DNA of 63,781 nt, the filler included, from Perkinsus olseni (Eukaryota): assembly GCA_013115125.1 (NCBI GenBank). It is 11 parts of 11 records of this genome, joined end to end, with 100 filler letters (N's around TTAATTAATTAA, not from the genome) between each part and the next. Parts side by side here need not be neighbours in the genome. Positions count along the whole stretch, not along the records: positions 29,246 to 34,947 come from JABANN010001169.1; positions 35,048 to 40,735 come from JABANN010001170.1; positions 40,836 to 46,521 come from JABANN010001171.1; positions 46,622 to 52,297 come from JABANN010001172.1; 7 more parts are not named here. The stretch is one strand, 5' to 3'. Numbering within the stretch: position 1 is the first letter of the stretch; each line of letters starts with the position of its first letter. Shown here in pieces: positions 34,881 through 46,800 of this stretch. Both the position numbers and the translations under genes were made by a program. The notes below the pieces were generated by a model. That model was not told the origin of the DNA, searched no databases, and worked only from the letters and a program-made list of their open reading frames with translations.

Positions 34881-37800
34881 GCACACTCGCAGCAAAGCCG
34901 CTAGACGTGCGATCTCGAGTTAGGCATTCATTGTGTTGCGATGGAGGNNNNNNNNNNNNNNNNNNNNNNNNNNNNNNNNNNNNNNNNNNNNTTAATTAAT
35001 TAANNNNNNNNNNNNNNNNNNNNNNNNNNNNNNNNNNNNNNNNNNNNTTCAGCAGTTCCGTCCGACAAGAAGCTATAGTTATTTTGGCCTATCGATCAAG
35101 TCCCCCGCACGTACAACATAGGGCACTTGTCATACTTATGATACTACTATCACTACCATTCCTATGGATGGTATTCTTGATACTTGTCGTGCTGCTCCTG
35201 AAGGTAGCATGATCATGAGGCTCATCTTCGCTGGGGTAACAGCATCCCTGCTTCAGTATTCCTTTCATCTTTTCTTGTTTATTACGACGACTCCTGTCCA
35301 CCAAAGCATGTTGCTGACGATAACAACAGTCGAGTCTAGATTACCTTGTCGTCGTCATTGTGGTTATGGGGGCTTCTAGACATGAAAGGAAATAGTAGAA
35401 TGGCAACATGACAACTGAGAAGACGACACACAATAGGCTATGACCAAGCATCGCTGGAGTAAGGATAACGTGAGTAATCGTGCTAGTAGAGAGCACAAAG
35501 GTCGTATGGTGATGAAGTTGCTACTCTACGCACTATAGACGATGTGTCCTAGCCATGACACACAGGTTTGAGTAACGAACCACAGAGGCTTGTGATGAGC
35601 TCTAACGTGTTCGACCGTTGTGTGCTATGATGCTGCTCAGTGTCCCCTAGGGGCAAGGGTACGGGGGTACTACCATGTCATCCACAACTCGGACCCTCGA
35701 TCTCCGATATCCTTTGCGTTTGCGTGCTGGTGTGTACGCACAAACACATTTCAATCAGTACAACGTCGTGATGGGATTAGATCCCCCGGGGCTATCGTTG
35801 TAGTACTGGACACTCAGGCATCCCATTACACAGGGAGAGCGGAGAGCAAGCATGTCCCATGGAAAATTATGGCATATATGAGCTTTGTCACATCAACTGA
35901 ATATGCAGGATGCTCATCTTCGGAAAGACTGTTATGGCGATGATGATGATGATCACTGATATGGAGGTGTATAGATAACAAAGGGCGAACCGAAGGAATA
36001 GACGACAAGGGCTGATGACGAGGACGATGATGGAGAGCATTACCAACAGGGGTGTGGGAACTAAGGGATATAACGCTGAAGCATTTCGGCACCCCGACCA
36101 CAATGACCGTACACAAAACGGATTATCGGGTGTCCCGATTGCAGAGACCAGCGCAGTGCGGCATCATGGAAGGGCACAGGCCCTGAGTATACAGTCGGTA
36201 CGTCATGGTAGATGAGTAGCTGAAGACGGCGCGGCGGCGGTAAGAGTGGTGATCATGTTGGATCATTGGAGAGCCTCCTAGTAGTAGGTTGTTGGCCAAG
36301 GCTCGCTAGCAGTTGTCGCTGCTTGTTGTAGAATCGGCAGTTATAGGCATGACGGGTCGCATCGGATAAACGCTAAGGGGAAGGTGAATGGATCTTTGAA
36401 GCATACCCAGGAGGGCAGCAGCAACACTGCCCTAACACACCTGGATACTGTATTGTGTAGACTCCTTGTTGTAGAAGGAAGATGATGCATTAAAGCAAGA
36501 GCAGACTCCCTTCAGTGTCCTCTCTTGCTTCAGTTGAAGTCGCATCAGTGCCGCTGTCGTTCTGATGAAGCCATCCATCCAGTCTCTAGCAGCTGGTAGC
36601 ACCGTATAGCACTGGCAGTCGTAGGTGGTCGGTGATCTTCGACCTTCCTATCGGAGGAGTTGTCCCTAGCTGCAACGGTCCTCATCTCTATTAGAGAGGG
36701 GAGTACTTGTATATCTGGGCAGGGGAGTTGGACACAACTGTGATGCTGGGTTACCGGAGTCCACTGCTTGGACCAGTGATGCTGGATGACTCGCTCCCAC
36801 TTGACCTGTAGTCATACTATTCTCCTTATGCTCCTCCTCGGTGTGAAATCGTGCCTTCTCACGATTGGTGAATCTGCATGAAGGAGTGCAGAGTCCCATC
36901 CCAATGACAATGGGACTCACGCGGAGAGCTTCGATCTTGCCGTCTCAGCGAGGAATGTGGGGTCTTCGAGTGACACTACATTAGGCCCCTCGGGGAGGGC
37001 CGGGGCAGCAGACTCCTCCTGTGGCCCTCCACGAGCTGCTGCAACAAGACGGCTTCGGCATACCATACTATACCTGAACCCATGATCAGCAGCAGCCGCA
37101 CCGATGGTCGGGTAGAGAGGAGCACCTGTGAGCCTCCCGTCTGCGCCGCGCTCCCTCATCTAGGGGTGAATGATGTTCAGACATCATCCCGTTGTCAGCA
37201 AAGGTTATGATAACTGTCGCGAAGAGTGTATATGGAGTATCCCTAGGGACTCCAACACAACATCGAGGTAGTGTATGATTGACGATTGGAGATGATCCCG
37301 TATGAGGTGGTGGCCATGGTCCATCCTGGATGATACGGCAAGAGGGATGAAGGCAGCCGTTGTTGGAATAGATATGCCCCTCGTCCTCCTTCCGGTGGTG
37401 GTGGTTGGATCCAGGACATCCGCTGGAGGATACTCTGATAGAGACTCTTGGTGTGCTGCATGGTCATCATTATGCCATGGGTAGACGGTCTCCCGGCGGT
37501 ATATGTTATTATGAGTGGCCCCCGACACCGATTCGTCGAGGGCTCAGATGTTGGGTAGGGTGATGGAGTCTGGGGAGGGTGGAAGGGAGCGCTGATGAGT
37601 GGAGATGATGTTGATGGTGTGGGGGTGGTGGTTTGTCGGTCGAGTTAAGAGTACCATCTCCCGTAGAACAGTGATCCCTTGAGTTCGTTATTAAGTTGGC
37701 GGTACTTCTTCGACCAGAGCTTAGTGACGATGCATCGGCGTTCATGTTGGTGGGCGAGCTCATCTTCCATGCCGACCATATCCCATCGTACACCCTCATG

Positions 37801-38259
37801 GAAGGATAACTACCAAAGAGCTCATTGTTGCCCCCTCAGACTACCACCACTACTGCTTCGCGGAGCCGGGCCTCTACACCAGCACGATGCTTGGTATCTC
37901 CAAGTACTTCGACGACAGATGCTGGCATTAGATGAAGCAGCAGACACGTCTTCATACCACAGCCCATCGTCATCATCACGCAGCTTTAGAATGGCTCATC
38001 CTCGCTGATGAGTTGTCACTCATCCGATTGATTCCCCAACTCGAGGTCCCTTAGCGAGCATACATCGACCAACACTGTTCAAAGTACCTAGACCCAGCGC
38101 TTATAAGCTGCTCAATCACTTCGACCTAAGAGACACGTTCGGTGGCCGTTCTTAACATAGGGCACAATCATCATCAACTACGGCTAGGTTGGAGAGTGGA
38201 TTCGGCAAAGTTACGATTATTGTGGTATACCCATATTATTAACTGCACAAGATTGTGAT

Positions 38260-39289
38260 CTACAATGGAGTAACCAAACAGCCAAGTACACCACGACCTG
38301 ACCATTCACGTGGTCTCAAATCCAATTCAATACTTCTAAAACCATCCCCTCCAGGCCGTTGGATCTCCACACTCAGGGATGACCCCGAGGACGCCTGATA
38401 AGCATCAATAACGAGATGTTGGTAGAAGCCACTTACTGCTGCTTGCACCCTGGAAGGAAGATCCTTGAGCTTCTTAGCGCCACCAAAGTGAACAATCCTG
38501 TCCCCATCCAGCAGGCCTGCCTCGGCCGCTGGTGAGCCCGGAGCGACCTGCAGTGAGGCTAGTGGAAAGACATCCACCGATCATCAGTGTGCTAAGTTAT
38601 CTCCATCGTGGATTATATACTATCACCAGTCGCTTGTATCAAGGGTTTATTGATGGTATGATGACCAAGCACGACGATGCAGACCGACTACCTCCCCAGG
38701 TATCACCTCACTAACACATGCAAATGGCGGGTATGAAGAGTTGATGACTCTATCTTGGGGTATACTCATGGGCTCACGGGCGATGTCGGCCTCGTCTCCA
38801 GCCTTCCTCGACTGCTGCTGCTGCTGATGACCCTTGGTGATTGTCCCGGTGTCTCTGTAACATTTACATGATGGGACGCTTATTGAGCAATAATGAGCAC
38901 CTCGCTATCTGATGGAGATTTTCCAAGCCTCTCTCCAAGGAGTTCATCACTCCCTTCAAGTCATTCTCGAGTACTGTTAGCCTCTGACGACCTGATGATC
39001 GGGTATTATTCTGATCATGGTATGATGATAGTTATCATTACTAGAAGTTATGAGGTAGTGGTCTATATCACTCCTAGGGAAGCCTTCGCTGTCCAGAAGG
39101 CTGCCATCACGACCAACCTAACAAGGGCTACCATACCACTAGTGTTGTTATCTACTATACCTGTTGACAGGCAGGCGAGTTAAGTGTTGCCCATATCTGA
39201 TCTATCTCCTTCTCGATTGTATCCTTCCTCAACATCAATCGTTCGACCTCAGCTATGGCTAGGTTACTCGCTGCTTCAGACGATGTCAT
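38260..39289 (-). CDS. PSMD9: 26S proteasome assembly chaperone p27/Nas2 (PDZ-like), multi-exon
   Basis: N-terminal RKDTIEKEI coil; C-terminal VAPGSPAAEAGL..GDRIVHFG and RPREWSGRGVLGC. Confidence 0.85.
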
Positions 39290-39372
39290 GTGATGAAAAG
39301 ATACTACAACCACTCTTGAAGGGCTATATGTACTCAAGGAGATCGATGATTTAAGAAACCTTGTGATGGGGT

Positions 39373-39904
39373 TCATCCAAGCCTCTTCTTCCCACTGTGC
39401 CTTGCTTCCCCAGCAGTATTATTGAGAGAGGTGACCCCTCCTCTACTAGTATCTACCAGCCTAGGATAGTAGACTCCCATAAACCCAGCAGACTACCTTT
39501 CACGGCAACCTCCAGTGATGGGAAGGTATCCCCTTCTAACTTCAACTCCTCAGAGGTCATGAAGCTTCGACTGATGAACCAGCGCGTTAGTTGGTCTACT
39601 CGTTCGATGAATCGATTGGCTGCCGCACTCGATGCCTTTGGACCCCGATACTTGACGCACTAAAAACGAGAGGAGTGTGACTAGGCTGTGATCATCATCA
39701 CCATTATGAAGAGCATACCACAACATCGTCGGTAACCTTGATAACGAGGGTATCATTCTCTCGCTTCCGTTTGAGTTGATACCGTGTCTGAAGGGAGCAC
39801 GGTTTACAGTAGTGATCGGAAAGGTATATGACCTTATTGGGTTGCTGAATGAAGACTTGCCTTGCTGCACTCTGAAAATCATCCCAATCCTCGAAGTAGA
39901 CCAT
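39373..39904 (-). CDS. SRP9: Signal recognition particle 9 kDa protein (multi-exon; 3' end uncertain, 39453 or 39373)
   Basis: MVYFEDWDDF..AA, TRY..K, LVIKVTDDVV|CVKY. Confidence 0.8.
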
Positions 39905-41036
39905 AAGGGATGACACAGGGGAAGTGAAAAACTACAAGGGGGTGATTAGAAAACTGCAAGAAAAGGAGTCGGGGTAAACTCTGGGATGCCTGATGTACAC
40001 AGCATGACTCGTATCCAGGTACCAGAATGCTCAGGAAACCATCACTATGATGGAGGCAAGAGGCTATGGATCTCCGATACAACCCTCATACTCCAATCGG
40101 CGCGACCTCGAAACGTGGTGAGTGATAACACTCCAAATGGAGCTGAGTGTAAGCTGACGAGTATGTTTCTATTCTCCACGCAACGTGATACAGGCCTAAA
40201 GATGGTACCTTATAATAACCCCTGTCTCCACCATCGAGAAGGTATTAAGTCGTTAAACAATTGGCATGCTACCCGCCTGTACGACACCTCGATCATGGTC
40301 CCCCGAGCTCCCTATGCCTCCGTGAAAATGAAGAGGAAGTTCTATGGCCTAGTCAAGCCATGCGAGGTGCTATGCTCAGCATCCTCCTGTCTGCTACCGG
40401 AACCACCCCATGACGAGATTACTCTTTAGAACTCCACTAACGATATGAAATCATGTAGTAACTCCTTCCCACCCATCAAGGTGCAACATAAGGCATCACC
40501 AACAGCACCAGCAGCAGCCTTATCAATATGCACGGCTTGATCATACCGTGGTAAAAAAAACCCAAAATTCGATAGACTGGCTTCATGCAAAGTGCAAGAA
40601 AAGAATGGATAGTGGATGGGTGAGAGACGGCATATGCTTCAGCTCGTCAACATTTTTCTCTCCCTTGTCAACTTTTTCCTCCTCTCCCTCAAAATTTTAC
40701 TCTCCCTTGTCAAGATTCGTTTTCTGCCCCCTTTCNNNNNNNNNNNNNNNNNNNNNNNNNNNNNNNNNNNNNNNNNNNNTTAATTAATTAANNNNNNNNN
40801 NNNNNNNNNNNNNNNNNNNNNNNNNNNNNNNNNNNGCAACGAGGCAATGGTAGTAAAGGCCGCTCTTTTCAACGAAAGTGTGGTATTTGCTTGGGGTCTC
40901 ATATGACTAAGGACTGTCCTCTTAAACAGTTCGATAGTGGTTGTTACCTTTGTGGCGGTTCTGATCATATCGCTCGTAATTGCCCTAAGTCCTTGACTAA
41001 GAAGTCTTCTGGAGATTCCTCTAGGCCTTCCGCGTC

Positions 41037-41083
41037 GGGAAACTAGGTGGGCGACTGTTACGGGGTCCCCAGTCGCCGACCCC
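41037..41083 (+). promoter_or_regulatory. Putative -1 ribosomal frameshift signal between gag and pol
   Basis: Slippery G GGA AAC (41037-41043) in gag phase, directly before TAG. The -1 frame is continuous with the protease ORF. Stems GGCGACTG/CAGTCGCC and GGGGTC/GACCCC follow. Confidence 0.85.
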
Positions 41084-43855
41084 TTTGGTAAGTCTTCGGA
41101 CTTTTGGTAATGATGTTGGTATATTTTTACACCCCGAGCTTATGATCGAAGCCCAGTGTGGTATTTTGGCTAAGACCTTTGTAGATAGCGGTAGCTGTTA
41201 CAGTTTGGTGGACCGCAGATGCTTGCCGGGTGATGCTCGCATAGATCCTACTAATGTGACAGGCCTTGTAACTATAGATGAGACTCCTCTTCCTGTACTT
41301 GGAGTGAGTCAACTTACGGTGTGTTTGTGGGATTCTCCGTTGGTGGAATGCGATCGTCACAATCACTGTGAATCCTTTAAGATGGTATTCTTAGTTGTTG
41401 AGCGTCTAGCTCATGAGATTATTTTGGGCCATGATTTTCTGACCCATTTTGGTATGGAGCCTGGGTATAGTGAAGGCCTTCCTCTTCGTTTATTTGGTTT
41501 CCCTCCTACCCGTTAAGCCCCTTGTATACACCCTTTATTAAAGAAGACTACTATGTTGGGTGCTACGCTTCATGATTCGACGAGGTTGACTACGGTTGGT
41601 CCTGATGATAGTGTTAGGCCTTTTCAAGGAAAAGATACGTTGTTGTCGACCTCCACTGCGAACCATCAAGAAGCCCAAGGTAGTCCTCAAGATACCTATG
41701 TTCAACATCGGCATGATGAAGATTGGGAATGCTCTGTCCCTATCATCCAGACTTTGACGCTACGCATGGGAAACTTGTATTTGCGGCTGTCAAGGATACC
41801 TCTAAGGTTAGCCCCTTGGAGGCGACCCCCCTATGCTTTCGGTCCGAGTCCTCCGACGACAAGCAGGTTGCTTCTACGCCGGAAGAATGGCCTGGTCCTG
41901 GTCTGGAACCTGACAGTTTGCTTGATGATGATCTTGCTCAGCCCTTGCAGTTCGCCATCCCCGACTTTACGGATGTTGGTAAGACGCTCCCCGAAGTTCC
42001 CAAGGATTCTCCAGCTTACAAGGATTCAACTGAGCTATGTGTGGAATTCGGCGACCTCTTTAAGAACCGTCCAGGCCTTTGCGAATCGATGGAACACTCT
42101 ATCCCTCTCACGGACTCTGCTCCTATAGTACAACGAGTTAGGCCTTTACCGCACAAGTGGCGTGCAGAGGTACAGGAGCAATTGAAGGAGATTGAAGAGT
42201 TGGGTGTTATCAAGCTTTCTACATCGGCTTACAAGTTTCCTTGGGTGTTTGCGGCTAAGAAGAATGGTAAGGTTAGAATATGTATCGACTATCGGGCCTT
42301 GAATAACGTTTCTAAGGTTGACGCTTATCCTGTCCCTCGTCCTGACGATGTACAAGAACATCTGGCTGGTGCTACTATTTTCTCTACCCCGGATTTACGA
42401 AGTGGCTATTGGCAACTTAAGGTTAGGCCTTCTGATCGACATAAGACTGCCTTTCGTCTTGGCCGTGGTTTCCCTCTTTATGAGTGGAACCGAATGCCTT
42501 TTGGTTCGTCATCAGCCCCTGTAAGTTTCCAGCGGTTGATGGATTATGTAGTCGGCGAGTTTGACTTTGTACGTGTTTATCTAGATGATATTCTCGTGTT
42601 CTCTCGTACGCCTGAGGAGTATGTGAAACATCTTCGGTTGGTGTTTAAGGCCTTGTTTGACGCTGGCTTGACTTTGTCTGGCGAAAAATGTTCGCTAGGG
42701 CTTAGGAAAGTGGTGTATTTAGGCCATGTTTATGGTGCTGATGGAATGTCTCCTGACCCAACTAAGGTCGATAGTATTGTTCGTTGGCCCGTTCCAAGAA
42801 CTTCCTCTGAGCTTAGAAGTTTCTTAGGCCTTGCTGGTTATTATCGACATTTCATTCCGCACTATTCTGATCGTGCCCGGTGTCTTCAAGAATTGCTCAA
42901 GGCTTCTGCTAAGGATGAGGTTTTCACGGACGACAGTTGGTATGATATTCATGATCAGGCCTTTGTTGATCTTAAACAAGCCTTGGTTGGTTTACCCTCG
43001 CTGGACTACCCTGATTTTTCTAGGCCTTTTCAGATAGCGTCAGATGCTTCTGATTATGCCATGGGAGGTGTTCTACAGCAAGACGGTAGGCCTTTAGCTT
43101 TCTATAGCCAGACCTTTTCGGGTTCACAACTGAATTGCGCTGTTTATGAGAAAGAGGCTTATGCTTTAATCAAATGTCTTGAGCGTTTCAGACACCTTCA
43201 TTATGGTTATGATCTGGAAGTTACGTGTTATTCAGATCATAGGCCTTTGCAGTGGCTTGAGAAGGCGACTTCTCAGAAGCTGCAAAGATGGTTATTAGCT
43301 CTTCAACAGTACAAGTTTACTGTGGTTTATGTACCTGCTTCTAAGAACGCTGCCGCGGACGCCGTATCTCGAGTTCGGTTGGACCCAAGTATGACTGGTG
43401 ACACATCGGTGACTCCCGCACAAACGAGTGCTTTAGGCCTTGTAGAACGAAGTCATCTTCATGTTCCTGGAGCGCATGCAGTGGTCCTGACTCCGGCATT
43501 TTCTTTTGCCGATCTTCTGGAAGCTCAGAAGAATGATGGTATCTTATCTCAACTTGCTTCTCGAGTTCAAGATGCTACTCCGCTGAGCCGTACTGAGTTT
43601 AAGGGTCCTGACTTCATTTCTTACGAGAGGGCATGGAAAACTCTTGATGTGTGTGATGGTTTACTTGTGCGTGAAGTAAGGCGTTCTGCGTATTCTGGTC
43701 CTATTTGGGTTCCGGTGGTGCCAACAAGCCTGCGACATACCATGATTCAGAGATTTCATGAGGATGTTGGGCATGTTGGTGCTCCCCGGTTGTTGGGAAA
43801 GGTTCAGACTTTGGCGTACTGGCCATGTATGGCGGAGGATATCGAGAAGTACGTG

Positions 43856-43894
43856 TCTTCCTCAGGAAGAAGTCTAAACCAGGAAGACTTCCTG
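43856..43894. other. Excision-type footprint variant with templated filler (inferred target TCTTCCTG)
   Basis: TCTTCCT + CAGGAAGA + AGTCTAAAC + CAGGAAGA + CTTCCTG. Net +31 nt; removal restores the frame through the integrase CDGC. Confidence 0.7.
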
Positions 43895-46800
43895 TGATGG
43901 TTGTCTCAACAGCAAGAAGTCTAAACCGCCGCCAGCCCCTTTGATGCCGGTACCTATTGGTAGACCTTGGGAGACGGTCGCTGTAGATTTACTTACAGTA
44001 CCCAAGAATGCTGATGGGATCTCAACTCTTTTGGTATTACAAGATTATTTAACGAAATGGGCGCATATTGTTCCGCTTAAGGAGCATGCTTGGGCAGATG
44101 TTGCCAGGCCCTTATATCATTTATTTTTGTTATTTGGGCCACCGTTGCGACTTCATTCTGACCAAGGCCCCCCTTTTGAGTCCTGGATGTTCAAGTTTGT
44201 CTTAGGCCTTCTTGGTGCGAAGAAGAGTCGTTCATCCGTTTACCATCCTATTGGTAACGGATTGGTGGAAAGGTTCAACCAAACCTTCCTCAAGATGCTT
44301 CGAGTACACGTGGAAACTACCCACGACTGGTATCAATAGCTTGGTTCCTTGGTCTGGTTCTACAACACCAGTATACACTCTTCTACTAAGGCCTCTCCAT
44401 TTTATCTGATGTATGGACGAGATCCTCCTGATTTATGGTTCCCCTCCTTAGGCCAAGTTCAAAACATGTTGTTTGACCCTGAGGCCTTTGCGAGGTACAT
44501 CAGCCACACGAGAGCGATGATCCAGGACAAGGTGAATGAGTGTGTTACTCAGGCGGCCATGTCGTATAAGGCCTCCTATAATGCTAAGAGTCGAGAACGT
44601 CAGTTTCGGCAAGGTATGAGGGTTCGTATGGAAACCTTAGGCCTTGCACGAGCTAATAAGTTATCCCCTAGGTGGGAAGGTGAATGGTATGTTCTTAAGG
44701 CCTTGCCGAGCCTCGAGAACAAAACGGTGGAAGTGATCCACCCTGCTACTAATCGCGTTAAGGTTATTAGTGTTGATCACTTACTTATAGATCCCATTCA
44801 ACCAGAAGAAGTTCCGGCTGTGGTATTGGATCTATTACGGCAAGAGACGACTTCGTCATCTTCGGAGAGTTCGGTTGCTCGAGATCTACCTTATCAGCAT
44901 GGACCAGAAGTTCCTATAGTCGCTGAGTACGTGGATTCTCGCGTTGGACCTTCTATGGCACAAGGTACTGGACCTCAAGACCCCGAGGTTCAGAGCACTG
45001 GTTCTTCAAGCGAGCAGCAGCGGTCATCTGCGCCCGCTTCGATTGATGGTGCACGACCTGATGGTGCAGAGGAAGTTGCCGACTACGATGACGACGGACA
45101 TTCTGGCTCTGGTAGCCAGGGCTCTCAGGCCTTGAGATCAGCGTTAGGAGATGATGTGCAAGATTTTGTTTCCGTTAACCAGTCAGACTTGGTTCCTTCA
45201 CGTGCTTCTGAAGAATCAGGCCTTTCTGCTAATGAATCTGTACAGCCTCACTCGACGAGTTCCTCGAGTTCGGCCTCTTCCCCGGTGGTTGGTGAAGATG
45301 GTGATCTTGGAGGGGAGGAGAGTGATGGTGTTCGAAGCAATGCTGAAGGTGTTGAGAGCAATGAGGAGAGTAGTTCTTCGGAGGAAGCTGCCGAGGTGCC
45401 TCCTCATGATTGGTCTCTTGCTAGGGACCGGCCTCGACGAGAGGTACGGCCCCCTAAGCGTTTGAACTTGTGAGATACGGTATGTTGACGACGACAGTGA
45501 GTTCGTCGCCATAGTTCTTCAGGCCTTTTGAGGTACTGAGTGTATTATTTTGTTAAGTGGTATACCTAGGTCGACTACGTTAGTGTTGATGGACCACTTG
45601 TTATTGGCTAAAATGGCCTTCTCTATGTCTTTGCTTGAGTGTTGTCGGACTCTCAACTACCGTGGCTCTTTTGGGTTGCTTCGACTACCTCAAGACTACA
45701 AGAACTGGAAGGAACCGCCTTGAACGAGCCTATTTCTCAGTGAAGATTTTCGACAAGTTCTTGGTGTTTGCGATGTTAAGGCCTTCTACCCATGATGTGT
45801 TGTGACTCATGTGGTGTTCGTCCTTTAACGTGAATCGCTGTTTCGCTGACTCAATTGATCAGTGATGGTTATTTACGAGTACCAGAATTCGCATTACTCT
45901 GGAACCCGTAGTATTGGGGAATTGCAAGTTTTGCAAGATTTCAAGATGCGCGCATCGGCCCTGTTAATTCCGAGACGGGAATGATCCGACCCTTGCGATT
46001 GGTGATTATCCGGGAATTCTCATTCGAACGCGTTAGTAATGGTGTCTGCTCTCATCGTTACTGGCTATAGCGTTATGAAGACCAAGATTGAGGCCTTGTA
46101 GCGCTTTGTTCAAACCGTACTTAAAAACACTTTCTGGGATGTCTGTTATTCGTCTCATTCCTGCGGCCTTGCCCCTTATTAAGGCCTTGGATTCGGAGAT
46201 GAAGAAGGAACACCCTTCGATTGCCGCTCTCGACAACCTGCTCAAAAGCCTGAATGGTTCTATGGGTTGGAACCGTTGGGTTCAGCCGGAGGCTCCGGTT
46301 GGTCGTGCCCCGCCTCCGTGGGATCTTAGTCTCGTTGGTCCTTACACTACGTCTAGATGGCGTTCATCTTCATCGGACTTTCAGCTTATGAAGTCTCGTT
46401 TGGTCTTTGGTTGCCCGTTCGACGAACCTGATGTAGCTGCGGAAGTGGCTGGGTGGACGGAGGCCTCGCTCTATGCGGGGTACCTCACAAATGTAGCGGC
46501 CCGAGCGGGGAAGGACCCGCGNNNNNNNNNNNNNNNNNNNNNNNNNNNNNNNNNNNNNNNNNNNNTTAATTAATTAANNNNNNNNNNNNNNNNNNNNNNN
46601 NNNNNNNNNNNNNNNNNNNNNATTTATTGTTCAAGGTTTATTCCCATTCGTATAATCTCTCCTGCGTAATGTCTAATACCTCATTATACAGTGATACTAT
46701 TCCGAGGCGGAAAGGTGGAGTCGAGTTGGCTAATTCCAGTACAGTCCTCTTGCAGAACCTTAGCCTGATCCTCCAAAGAAGGGTGTGGTTCAGGTATGTT

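Larger units (their letters stand above)
29246..34947 (+). mobile_element. BEL/Pao-like LTR retrotransposon, internal region
   Basis: Gag-protease ORF followed by a pol ORF with Pao-type connection/RNase H motifs (LYDPLG..W..SWD..L, CDAS, TPRKEL, TDS, HIPSEVNLAD). Confidence 0.8.
40836..46521 (+). mobile_element. Ty3/Gypsy LTR retrotransposon, decayed copy (gag end, PR, RT, RH, IN)
   Basis: Knuckles CGICLGSHMTKDC and CYLCGGSDHIARNC; protease FVDSGS (41085-41516); RT RICIDYR / RMPFG / YLDD and RNase H ASDAS (41723-43897); integrase AVD / SDQG / VERFN (43941-45473). Stops at 41514 and 44337; frameshifts near 41720 and 43863. Confidence 0.92.

Noticed and set aside
35048-38010. Possible minus-strand multi-exon gene
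   Set aside because: ORF fragments could not be joined reliably or assigned to a family.
41514-44339. Programmed stop-codon readthrough at TAA 41514 and TAG 44337
   Set aside because: The copy has other lesions (frameshifts, footprint), so nonsense decay is the simpler explanation.
46088-46521. Extra env-like ORF in the Gypsy 3' region
   Set aside because: Short, truncated by the contig end, with no signal peptide, TM segment or recognisable motif.
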